Of a stretch of 64,000 bases of DNA, positions 43,366 through 52,948 are shown in pieces. The notes beneath the pieces are model-generated. The model saw nothing but the letters and a program-made list of their open reading frames with translations, ran no database searches and was not told the origin of the DNA. The translations under genes and the position numbers were made by a program. The stretch is from an uncultured delta proteobacterium (GTDB lineage: Bacteria > Myxococcota > Myxococcia > Myxococcales > Myxococcaceae): contig CAVYSY010000052.1 in assembly GCA_963771175.1 (NCBI GenBank), positions 96,001 through 160,000 of the forward strand. The letters are read 5' to 3'. Position 1 is the stretch's first letter; every line of letters begins with the position of its first letter.

Positions 43366-43518
43366 GCACGAGCCGCCTCTTTTATCACGACGTGAGAGCC
43401 CACCGAGGCCTCCGGCGAAGCCTCTTGCGAGCAGGGGGGGGTTTTCCGATATGTCCTCCCCTCGTCGGACGTTCTCGCGGCCGGGCGACGTCTGCCCTCA
43501 CCACTGGAGCCCGTTTCC

Positions 43519-44430
43519 TTGGCCCACCGACTTCTCGTCCTCCTCTGCCTGCTCCTGGCGCCCAGCCTGTCCTTTGCCCTGGAGCCGAAAAGCCTGCCCG
43601 GCTTCGACCTCCAACGACTGCAGCTCGAGACCTCCGGACTGGGCTCGCTCGTGGTGGGAACTGGCCGCACGCTGGACCCGGGAGACTTCCGGGTCTCCGT
43701 CGAAGCGCACTACGAGCACATGCCGCTCAACTTCACGCGCACGTGGGACCCGGTCATCACCGTCATGGGCATGGTGGAGGACAAGTTCACCACGCACGTC
43801 ACCGCCGCCGTCGGCGTGCTGTCCTGGCTGCAGGTGGGCGCGCAGGTGCCCTTCATCGTCGTCCAGCGGGGCCACTCCACCCGGGGCATCCTCCCTCCCG
43901 ATGGCCAGGGACTGGGCACCCCCTGGGTGTCGGTGCGCGCGGCCCCCTGGCAGATGAAGAACGGGGCGCCCCTCAACCTCGGCGTGGAGCTCGCCGCCGG
44001 ACTGCCCGTGGGCCGGGAGGACCTCCTCGGCCGGGACACGTACGCGGTGCACCCCAAGCTCCAGCTCGGCGTCCACGGCGACTCCTTCCAGGTGGGGGGC
44101 GAGGTGGGAGCCCTGCTGCGTCCCCGGCACGACCTGTCCCCCCTGACGGGGCGCGAGCAGGACGTGCTCGGCAACGAGCTGCGCCTGGGCTTCACCGTCA
44201 CCTCCCGCGGGAAGAACAAGACGTCCACCCGGCCCGAGGTGAGCCTGCTCATGGGAGTGCCGCTCCAGGGGGGCCGCCTCGGCTACGAGGTCCTCGTGGG
44301 CGTGCGCAAGCACGTGGTGAGCGGGCTGGACCTGTACTTCCTGGGCGGCCCCGGCCTGGGCACCTCCGTCGACATGCCCGTCGTCCGGGTGCTGGCGGGC
44401 GCTTCCTTCTCCACCAGCACGGCCGATTAG
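43519..44430 (+). CDS. Putative outer-membrane beta-barrel protein
   Basis: TTG-start ORF with signal peptide (LLVLLCLLLAPSLSFA), FDLQRL motif and amphipathic beta strands. Confidence 0.65.
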   Translation: MAHRLLVLLCLLLAPSLSFALEPKSLPGFDLQRLQLETSGLGSLVVGTGRTLDPGDFRVSVEAHYEHMPLNFTRTWDPVITVMGMVEDKFTTHVTAAVGVLSWLQVGAQVPFIVVQRGHSTRGILPPDGQGLGTPWVSVRAAPWQMKNGAPLNLGVELAAGLPVGREDLLGRDTYAVHPKLQLGVHGDSFQVGGEVGALLRPRHDLSPLTGREQDVLGNELRLGFTVTSRGKNKTSTRPEVSLLMGVPLQGGRLGYEVLVGVRKHVVSGLDLYFLGGPGLGTSVDMPVVRVLAGASFSTSTAD

Positions 44431-44484
44431 TCGCTCCTCCCTCCGCCCGCCCATCGCCTCCCGGGGCCATGCCTACCTTGTCCC

Positions 44485-44709
44485 ATGGCCATGTCCCACC
44501 CCACCCTCGCGTCCATCCGCTCGGCGATGGAGCACCACCCCCACACGTTCCTCGACGCCGGGGAAATCTCCGTGGCCACCCACGCGCGCACTGTCACCCT
44601 GCGCGGCGTGGTTCACGCCCAGGAGCAGCGGGACATGGCCGAGCACGACGCCTGGTACGTCTTCGGCGTGGACAAGGTGGAGAACCACCTCACCGTCATC
44701 GCCCGGTGA
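44485..44709 (+). CDS. Small BON-domain protein
   Basis: ISV..VTLRGVV..AEHDAWYVFGVDKVENHLTV. Confidence 0.7.
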   Translation: MAMSHPTLASIRSAMEHHPHTFLDAGEISVATHARTVTLRGVVHAQEQRDMAEHDAWYVFGVDKVENHLTVIAR

Positions 44710-44825
44710 GCCTCCCGCGCCCACGGAGGTGATGGCCACTCGGAGTATTCAGGGGTTACAGTGCTCACTGGAGTAAAGTCCACGTGGGCCCTGGTGGCCC
44801 CTGCTCCAAAAAGGAAGACATGTCG

Positions 44826-45989
44826 ATGAGCCGTCACCCCCTGCGCACCTGGATGCTGGCGGGCGCCCTCGCGGGCTCCCTGGGTCTGGCCTGTACCGAG
44901 CCCGAGGAGCCCTTCCCCAACGCCGCCGAGCTGGAGCAGCTCCAGAGCATGCACACCCCCACGCGCAAGCCCCCGGTGGACCCCACCAACAAGTACGGGG
45001 ACAACGCGCAGGCGGCGGTGCTGGGAGATCGGCTCTTCGACGACGAGAAGCTGTCGAGCTGCGGCACCATCTCGTGCAAGAGCTGCCATGACGGCCCCGG
45101 CCGGACGGTGAACACGCCGACGGCGTTGGGCTGCAACGGCAACCGCACCGGGCGCAACCCGCCCTCGGTGCTGAACTCGGGCTACAGCACCTGGTTCATG
45201 TGGGACGGGCGCGCGGACCGGTTGTGGAACCAGGCGCTGCTGCCGCTGCTGAGCCCCATCGAGATGGCCTCCACCCCCGCCATCCTGCGCGCCCGCCTCT
45301 CCGAGCTGTACGCCGCGGACTACCGTGCCCTCTTCGGCAAGCTGCCCTCGGAGGAGACCGACGAGCAGCTCCTGGCCAACTTCGGCAAGGTCATGGCCGC
45401 GTATCAGCGCACGCTCAACTTCAACGACGCGCCCTTCGACCAGGACGTCCAGCGCTTCATCCAGGCGGCCGAGGCGGGCACGGCGGAGGCGGACCCGGCC
45501 TACCTGGGCCTCAAGACGTTCATGCGCAAGGGCCAGTGCATCGCGTGCCACAAGGGCGCGATGCTCAGCGATGACCAGTTCCACAACATCGGCGTGAAGG
45601 ACCAGAGCAACAGCAGTCCCGGGGTGACGCTGGCGGCCGGCCCGCTGCTGAACTGGGTCTTCAACTCGGCGGGGCAGTACAGCGACGCGCGCACGGGCAT
45701 CGAGTCGAATCGGCTGCAGCGGCTGGGCAGCGACCTGGTGCAGAAGAGCGCCGAGCTGGAGGGCGCCTACAAGACGCCCACCCTGCGCAACGTGGAGCTG
45801 ACGGGGCCCTACATGCACACGGGCGAGGTCCAGACGCTCGAGGACGTCATCGAGCTCTACAACAAGGGCGGCGAGCCCGCGGGCAACTTCGCCGGCGTGG
45901 TGTCGCAGACCATCACGCCGCTGGACCTCACCGACGAGGAGAAGCAGGCGCTGCTGAAGCTCCTCAAGTCGATGACGGGGGTGCAGTAG
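44826..45989 (+). CDS. Di-heme cytochrome c peroxidase/MauG family lipoprotein
   Basis: LGLA-C lipobox; CKSCH and CIACH heme motifs; RNPPS, FMWDGR, YKTPTLRNV, GPYMHTG. Confidence 0.9.
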   Translation: MSRHPLRTWMLAGALAGSLGLACTEPEEPFPNAAELEQLQSMHTPTRKPPVDPTNKYGDNAQAAVLGDRLFDDEKLSSCGTISCKSCHDGPGRTVNTPTALGCNGNRTGRNPPSVLNSGYSTWFMWDGRADRLWNQALLPLLSPIEMASTPAILRARLSELYAADYRALFGKLPSEETDEQLLANFGKVMAAYQRTLNFNDAPFDQDVQRFIQAAEAGTAEADPAYLGLKTFMRKGQCIACHKGAMLSDDQFHNIGVKDQSNSSPGVTLAAGPLLNWVFNSAGQYSDARTGIESNRLQRLGSDLVQKSAELEGAYKTPTLRNVELTGPYMHTGEVQTLEDVIELYNKGGEPAGNFAGVVSQTITPLDLTDEEKQALLKLLKSMTGVQ

Positions 45990-46545
45990 TCGCGGCGGAC
46001 CTCGGCGCCTGGATGAGCGGCCAGGCGCGCTTGAGGGTGACGGCGACGGAGGCGGCCACGGCCGCCTTCACGCAGTCCCCGGGGACGAAGGCGAGCGAGC
46101 CCAGCGCCGCCTTCGCCAAGGGCAGCTTCGCGGACACGGCGAGCCAGGGAATGCCCACGGCGTAGATGACGCCGATGCCCCCGAGCACGTTGATGGCGAA
46201 GGCCCACGGCACCGAGAGCCGGTGCCAGGCGCGCTCGGTGAGCCAGCCGATGACGAAGGCCGCGGGCAGGAAGCCCACGAAGAAGCCGCCCGTGGGCCCC
46301 GGGAGCACCGCGAGCCCGCCATTGCCTCCGGCGAGCAGCGGCAGCCCCGCGGCCACCAGCACCTGGAAGAGCAGCAGGGACAGGCCCGCCTTGCGCGCGC
46401 CGAGCGTGGAGCCGGCGAGCATCACCCCCAGCGTCTGCGCGGTGATGGGCACGGGGATGAAGGGCAGCAGCAGGGGCGGCATCAGCCCGAGCGCGGCCAC
46501 GAGGGCGGCGAACAGGGCGACATGGACGAGGTCGCGGGTCTTCAC
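45964..46545 (-). CDS. bioY: Biotin ECF transporter substrate-binding component
   Basis: PVPITAQTLGV, GLPLLAGG, GPTGGF, FVPGDCVKA. Confidence 0.92.
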   Translation of the reverse strand: MKTRDLVHVALFAALVAALGLMPPLLLPFIPVPITAQTLGVMLAGSTLGARKAGLSLLLFQVLVAAGLPLLAGGNGGLAVLPGPTGGFFVGFLPAAFVIGWLTERAWHRLSVPWAFAINVLGGIGVIYAVGIPWLAVSAKLPLAKAALGSLAFVPGDCVKAAVAASVAVTLKRAWPLIQAPRSAATTAPPSST

Positions 46546-47154
46546 GAGGGTTCCTCGGGGTCGAAGCAGCGCGCGTCGATGGCGTCGGCGAGCGCATCCG
46601 CGGTGCGGAGCGTCTTGACGAGCAGCGGGACGAGCACGGCGAAGGGGTCTCTATCGAGGCCGCGCACCCGCTGGGCCTCCTGGACTTCGCGCAGCCAGAG
46701 CGCGAGCAGGGGGATGAAGCGCAGCGTCAGCGAGAGCAGCAGGCCCAGGCGCGCGGGGCTCACGCCGAGGCGCCCGAGGGGGCGCAGGGCCCGCTGGAGG
46801 GACTCGAGCATGTCCGAGGCGCGCGTCGTCAGGGAGACGAGCGTGGCGAGCAGTAGCAGGACGGCGAGCCGCAGCACGGCCTCCAGCGCGGGCACCCAGC
46901 CGGCCAGCAGCGCGTGCAGGACGAACAGCGGGCCGAGCACGAAGGCGGAGAGGCGGAGGACGGGCAGCACCTCGCGCGGGCGCAGGCCGCGCGAGCCCGT
47001 AGAGGCCGAGCGTGGCCACCAGCGCGGCGGAGAGGACGGGCAGCGGGTGGAAGAGCAGCAGCCCCGTGCCGGCCCCGAGCAGGCCGAGCATCTTCGCGCC
47101 CGCGGGCACGGCGTGGACGGGCGAGTCGCGGTGGAGGTAGAGGCCGAGGCTCAC
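46542..47154 (-). CDS. bioN: Biotin ECF transporter T component; one frameshift
   Basis: [11 protein letters not shown]..., [23 protein letters not shown]; indel near 46985. Confidence 0.85.
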
Positions 47155-47825
47155 GCCATCATCCGCACGTAGGAGTCGAGGGCCACGGAGGGCACGTCAT
47201 CCAGGACGACGCGGCCCCCGTCGAAGACGAGCACACGGTCGAAGTCGCGCAGCAGCTCCAGGTCGTGCGAGACGACGATGGCCGTCTGGGGCATGTCGTG
47301 GATGGCCTGGGCGAGGCGGCGCTTGTTGCGCAGGTCCAGGAGCGTGGTGGGCTCGTCGAAGACGACGTAGCTCGGCTCCATGACGAGCACGGAGGAGAGC
47401 GCGAGGAGCTGCTTCTGGCCCCCGCTGAGCAGGTGGGCCGGGTGGTGGCGGAAGTCCTCCAGGCCGTAGCGGTGGAGGATGGCGGTGACGCGCTCGGAGA
47501 TGTCGGCCGGGCCGAGCCGGAGGTTCTTCAGCCCGAAGGCCACGTCCTCCTCCACGGTGGGGAGGACGATTTGATTGTCCGGGTTCTGGAAGACGAAGCC
47601 CACCTTGCGGCGGATGGCGCGGGCGTCCTTGCGCGTGTCGAGCCCGTCCACGAGCACCCGCCCCCGCTCGGGCACGAGCAGCCCATTGAGCAGGCGCGCG
47701 AAGGTGCTCTTCCCGGAGCCATTGCCGCCCACCACGGCCACGCGGCGCTCGGACAGGGTCAGGTCGAGCCCCTGGAGGACCGGGCGCTCGCCGAAGTGGT
47801 GGTGGACGTCGTGGAGTTGAATCAT
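47151..47825 (-). CDS. bioM: Biotin ECF transporter ATPase
   Basis: [25 protein letters not shown]; ATPase-T-S gene order with 4-nt overlaps. Confidence 0.9.
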   Translation of the reverse strand: MIQLHDVHHHFGERPVLQGLDLTLSERRVAVVGGNGSGKSTFARLLNGLLVPERGRVLVDGLDTRKDARAIRRKVGFVFQNPDNQIVLPTVEEDVAFGLKNLRLGPADISERVTAILHRYGLEDFRHHPAHLLSGGQKQLLALSSVLVMEPSYVVFDEPTTLLDLRNKRRLAQAIHDMPQTAIVVSHDLELLRDFDRVLVFDGGRVVLDDVPSVALDSYVRMMA

Positions 47826-47886
47826 CGCTACCGCTACGGGCGGCGGACTGTACCCCTTTTTCGACGCGGGGGAGCGCCCCTCTCAC

Positions 47887-49217
47887 TCAGTGTACGGGCA
47901 CCGGCTCCTGCTCGGGCGAGCTGCCGGGCAGCGTCCGGGGTTGGAGACACGGAAGCCGGTTCGCGTGCAGCCCGGTGATGAGGCGCACATCCTGCCGCTT
48001 GGTGAAGTACGTGTAGGCCCAGTCGAGCAGCACCGCCACCTTGTTGCGGAAGCCAATCAAGAAGGTGATGTGGACGCCCAGCCACATCCACCACGCGGGC
48101 TTGCCCTTGAGGCGGTACCTGTCGAAGAGCACGCCCACCGCGGAGCCTCGGCCGATGACGGCGAAGGTGCCCCGGTCATGGTAGCGGAAGGGCTCCAGCG
48201 GCTGTCCCTTCAGCTGGCGGAGGAGGCTCTTCGCCCACGTACCGGCCCATCTGCATGGCCGCCGGGGCCACGCCCGGCACCGGCTTGCCGTCCTGCACGA
48301 GGGAGGCGAGGTCCCCGATCACGAAGACCTCCTCGTGACCGGGGACGGTCAGCGTGGGCTCCACCTTCACCCGCCCGCCTTGTCGAGCGGCACGCCGAGC
48401 GTCCGCGCCAGGGGAGAGGCGGCCACGCCCGCGCCCCAGAGCACGGTCCGCGCCTGGATGCGGGTGTCGCCCACGGTGACGCCCTCGTCGTCCACGGCGG
48501 TCACCATGGCCCCGGTGCGCACCTCCACGCCGAGCTTCTCCAGGTCGCTGGCGTGCCCGCTCCGAGAGTTCCTCGGGGTAGACGGTGAGGACGCGGGGCA
48601 GGCCCTCCAGGAGGAGGACGCGGGCCTGGGAGGTATCGATGCGGCGGAAGTCCCTGCGGCAGGGAGTGCCGGCTCATGTACGCGAGGGCGCCCGCCAGCT
48701 CCACGCCGGTGGGGCCGGCGCCGATGATGACGAAGGTGAGCCACTCGCGCTGGCGCTCGGGGTCCGGCTCGCGCTCGGCGGCCTCGAAGGCCAGCAGCAC
48801 GCGCCGCGGATGTCCAGCGCGTCATCGATGCGTCTTGAGGCCAGGGGCGAAGCGGCGCCCACTCCGGGTGGCCGAAGTACGAGTGCGTGGCGCCCGTGGC
48901 GAGCACCAGGGTGTCGTAGGGCATCTCGCCGCCATCGCAGACGAGCACCTTGCGCTCCAGCTCGACGGAGCTGCGCCTCGGCGAGCAGCACGGTGATGTT
49001 CGGGCGCGCAGGACCTGGCGGATGGGCGCGGCGATGTCCGCCGGGGCTGAGCGACGGCGGTGGCCACCTGATAGAGCAGCGGCTGGAACAGGTGGTGGTT
49101 GTAGCGGTCGATCACCGTCACATCCACGGGGGCGCCCTTCAGCTTGCGCGCGGCCTCGAGGCCCCCGAAGCCTCCGCCCACGATGACCACGTGATGCCTT
49201 CGCCGGGTGTCTTCCAT
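47887..49217 (-). CDS. ndh: Type II NADH dehydrogenase family FAD oxidoreductase; several frameshifts
   Basis: [67 protein letters not shown] across frames. Confidence 0.88.
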
Positions 49218-49379
49218 GCCGGGAAAGGTGGGCCGAGGGGCAACCCTCGACCAGCCGCCGGGAAGTGCACGGTCTCCTGGAGAACGCCGCCTGCTCGCTC
49301 GCCAACAGGGCCGGGAGCCAGGGACATGCTCGGGAGCCCGCTTCCGGTCGGCTCGGGCGGATAGCACCCGTGGGCCTCG

Positions 49380-49907
49380 TCATCGCCGTCGCGCGCGGAA
49401 GACCCAGACAGCCAACGCGTAGAACCCCGAAATGCCGAGCAGCAGGAACTTCACTCCGGCCACGAGCGCCGCGAACCGGAGCAGGGACTCGGGCGGCTGC
49501 TGGAACGAGTCGAGCGCGCGCCAGAGCGCGACATCTTCCAGTGCGTCGAGTACCGCCGCGACGAACGGGGCCATGGCGAGCCACGCCCCCAGCAACGCCC
49601 ACCTGTCGGGCGCGGCCCGTGCGGCCAACAGCACCAGTGCGGAGATGAGGAAGGGATAGGCCAGCAGATAGGGCACGTCGTACCGCAGTGAGCTCCGGGC
49701 CGCCTCCCTCCCCGCCTCACCCCAGGACGAGAACATCCGCATCGCGCGCTCGGTCGACCAGGCGAACTCGTAACAGACGATGTTGTAGGGCGTCAGCGCC
49801 CCGTCGATGGCCCACAGCTTCAGCGAGAGCGCGACCGTGAGGACTCCGGAGATGGCGACGATGACCCACAGGGTCCTCCGGCTCGGGATGCGCAAGAGTG
49901 CATTCAT
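49380..49907 (-). CDS. Hypothetical membrane protein (about 4 TM)
   Basis: 175-aa ORF with four hydrophobic segments, DVPY and DALED motifs. Confidence 0.7.
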   Translation of the reverse strand: MNALLRIPSRRTLWVIVAISGVLTVALSLKLWAIDGALTPYNIVCYEFAWSTERAMRMFSSWGEAGREAARSSLRYDVPYLLAYPFLISALVLLAARAAPDRWALLGAWLAMAPFVAAVLDALEDVALWRALDSFQQPPESLLRFAALVAGVKFLLLGISGFYALAVWVFRARRR

Positions 49908-49920
49908 GGAGGGGGACCTC

Positions 49921-49985
49921 CCGGGCGAACTTTTCAAAAACCTGTCCGACTGTCGGACAGGTTTGCGCAGAACGCGACCGGGAGG
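49921..49985. repeat. REP-like palindromic element, copy 3
   Basis: Core AAACCTGTCCGAC-T-GTCGGACAGGTTT (49938-49964); diverged arms ending CCGGGAGG. Confidence 0.85.
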
Positions 49986-50000
49986 TCGAGTCCCGCGCAG

Positions 50001-51417
50001 CTACCGCACCAGGTGGAACGCCGTCTGCCGCTGGTAGGCCCAGCGCACCTTCCGTCGCGCCGATGATCACGTCCTCCTCCTGCGCCGACGCGCACCGGCT
50101 GCCCGTCCCCACTCCGGCACCGGGGTCGTCGCCTGCAGCTCGATGGAGAACCACTGCGTTGCGGGATGACCCGGTCGTCGCCGTGGCCCGGCACGCCCGT
50201 CCTGGTGGTCCCACAGGCCGATCAGCGGCCCCGCCCCGTGCCCGTTCAGCCCGATCGGGTGCGAGTACACCGTGCCGTCGATGCCCTCGGCCTTCATGCG
50301 CGCCAGCGCGCCGCGCGCAGGATCTCGTTGCCCGTGCGCCCCGGGCGCAGCTCGCTCGACCACGATGTCCTGCAGCGCGGTTGCGATCGCGCGCAGCGCC
50401 GCCTTCAGCCCCGCCGGCACCGTCCGTCTCGCCCTCGCGCAGCACGTAGCCCATGTGCTGCGTGTCCGTGTTCAGCCGCAGCGCCGTGATGCCGAAGTCG
50501 CAGTGCAGCACGTCGCCGCGCTCGATGACCGGGTTCTCCCCGAGTCCGCCTCCGTGCTCGCCCCTGCCGCTGCACCTCCACGCGACGGCTGGAACCAGGT
50601 GCCGAGCCCGAGGTCGTTCACCCGCTGGCGCATCCACCACACCACGTCGCTCGGTGCGCGTCATGCCCGGCCGGTGATCACCTGGCTGGAGAAGGCCGTC
50701 TCGATGATGTCCCACGCCACCTGCGTCATGCTCCTCGAAGAAGCGCTCCTCGTCCGCGCACCCGCCACGCGATGAGGTCCACCGCCAGCCCCTCCGGCGC
50801 GGCTTCAAGCGCGACGTCCACTTGGGCCCCAGCGCCTCGCTCATCCCTCAGGTACTCGCCGGGCGAGAGGCCGTCCGCGAAGGCGAAGGTGCGCGACATG
50901 TCGATGGCGATGACCTCGGGCTGGCGCTCCTCGATCACCGTCCTTCAGCACCTGCCACTGCTCGGGGCCCCACAGCTCGGCCTGCGCGCGTCGACCGCCG
51001 CCCGCGTCCACCTGCGCGCTGCGCGCGCCGCGCCTGGTAACACGCCGCCCTGCGTGCCGCCGCCCAGCGCGAGCCGCTCCACGCCCTGCTCCGGGCCCGC
51101 GGTCGAAGAAGACGTAGATGGTGCGCCGGCGCGCGGCGAAGGTCGTGGGCGACACGAGCGACGTGAACACCGGGTCCTCGTTGTACTCGCGCATCGGCAC
51201 CACCCACATGTCGACGCCGTGCTGGCGCATCAGCGCCGGACAGCACCGTGTCCATGCGCTCGCGCAGCCAGCCCTGCTGCCGCTCGGCCTGCTCGCGCAG
51301 CGTGCCGAAGGGACGCTCGGGCACGGCCTCCGGTGCACGGGCGGCCGGAGACGTGGTGGCACAGGCGGACGTGAAGAGGAACAAGGGGACGAGGAGACGA
51401 ATCCGGGTGTTCTTCAT
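50001..51417 (-). CDS. M24 family (Xaa-Pro) aminopeptidase lipoprotein; heavily frameshifted
   Basis: LFTSA-C lipobox; MREYNEDPVF, GDVLHCDFG, LNTDTQH, YSHPIG..GHGAG, WFSIEL, EED; ends RQTAFHLVR-stop at 50001. Confidence 0.82.
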
Positions 51418-51517
51418 GGCCGCGCAGCTTCCCATCGCGGCTACGTGCTCACCAGGGATTGCTCGTGAAGCGACAGTGGATGAGCCGAAGCTCACTCGCG
51501 TCGGGGCTGCTCACGGT

Positions 51518-52870
51518 TCAAGCCTCCGAGGCCCCCACCGGAAGCTCGAGGCGCAGGCGCGCGCCTCCCTCGGCCCGGTTCTCCGCCACCAGCGTGCCCC
51601 CGAACTGCTCCACCATCTCCCGGGAGAGCGCCAGGCCCAGGCCCGTCCCCTTCTCGTGTCCCTTGGTGGTGAAGAAGGTCTCGAAGAGGCGGGGCAGCAC
51701 GTCCGGTGGAAAGCCGGGGCCGTTGTCCTCCACCAGCAGCAGCACCCGCTCGCCCTCCTGCCTGCCGGTGATGCGCACCTCGGCGCCGGGGCGCCCCTCC
51801 AGCGCGTCCCCCGCGTTCACCAGCAGGTTGAGCAGCACCTGCGCCAGCCTCCGGCGGATGGCCAGCACCGGGGGCAGCTCCGCCGGAATGTCCACCTCCA
51901 GCCGGGCCACGTGCTGGAGCTTCAGCCGGGCAATCCGCGCCGCGTCGCTCACCACGTCCGCCAGCGCGCACTCCGTGGGCTCACCCGCGTCCATCCGCGA
52001 GAAGCCCCTCAGGTCCGCGACGATCTGCCGCACGCGCTCGACACCCACGCGCGTCTCACGGAAGACCTCGGCCAGCTCCTCCCGCGACGGGGGAGTCTCG
52101 GACAGCACCTCCTGCTCGAGGTAGTGGAGGTTGGCGCCGATGAAGGCCACCGGGTTGTTGATTTCGTGCACCACGCTCGCCGCGAGCTGCCCGAGCGTGG
52201 CCAGCTTCTCCGAGTGGGTCCGTCGGCGCTCGCTGATGGCCAGCTTCTCGAGGGCCTCGCGCCGCGCTCGCTCCACGCGCCCCTCGGCCTCCGCCCGCTG
52301 GGCCTTGCGGAACTCGCTGGCCCCGTACGCGCCAATGAGCGTGGTCGTCACCACCACCCCGGCCCACAGGAGGACCTGGGACACCGGGCGGCCCTCCACC
52401 CACAGCAGGCTCGAGGCCCCCACGCCGCACAGCACTCCGGAGAGGCTCGCGGAGATGGAGTCCTGCGGGTAGAGCAGGCACAGGATGAGCGGCAGGCAGG
52501 GAAAGAAGTTGAAGTAGACGCTTCCGGTGGCCCCCGTCACGAGCACCAGCCCAATGAAGGACAGGCTGGCGATCGCGCTCTGGACGGCGGCGTGCAAGCG
52601 GACCGTCGACGCGGACTGCGCCTCCCACAGCAGCGCCGAGACCACCATGCCCAGGGCCCAGACGAGGCGGATCGCCAACGCCCAGCCGCTGAGCCCCACG
52701 ACGAGCACATCCAGCGAGTACTGCGACAGGATGCCCCCGGCGAGCAGGAGCAGCATCTTCCGGCGCGGGCTCCACCTCGAGGGCGACTCCGACGCGGTCC
52801 CGACGCTCCACGGGCCCGCCTTCTCGGGGGAGTTCCGGAGGGTGGTGCGGAGAACGGTGGACGGCCCCAT
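51518..52870 (-). CDS. Membrane sensor histidine kinase
   Basis: Multiple TM segments; VHEINNP, NLLVNA, DNGPG, FFTTK, GTGLGL; start uncertain. Confidence 0.9.
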   Translation of the reverse strand: MGPSTVLRTTLRNSPEKAGPWSVGTASESPSRWSPRRKMLLLLAGGILSQYSLDVLVVGLSGWALAIRLVWALGMVVSALLWEAQSASTVRLHAAVQSAIASLSFIGLVLVTGATGSVYFNFFPCLPLILCLLYPQDSISASLSGVLCGVGASSLLWVEGRPVSQVLLWAGVVVTTTLIGAYGASEFRKAQRAEAEGRVERARREALEKLAISERRRTHSEKLATLGQLAASVVHEINNPVAFIGANLHYLEQEVLSETPPSREELAEVFRETRVGVERVRQIVADLRGFSRMDAGEPTECALADVVSDAARIARLKLQHVARLEVDIPAELPPVLAIRRRLAQVLLNLLVNAGDALEGRPGAEVRITGRQEGERVLLLVEDNGPGFPPDVLPRLFETFFTTKGHEKGTGLGLALSREMVEQFGGTLVAENRAEGGARLRLELPVGASEA

Positions 52871-52948
52871 GGGTCGCTCCTGGTAGGGAGCGGCCATCCT
52901 CGCACAGCCCTGGCCCCTCGTCTGGCCCCCCCCTCGGGGACGTACATC

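Noticed and set aside
45964..45989. 26-nt convergent overlap of bioY and the peroxidase gene
   Set aside because: Short tail overlap, possibly from an indel near the bioY end; not meaningful.
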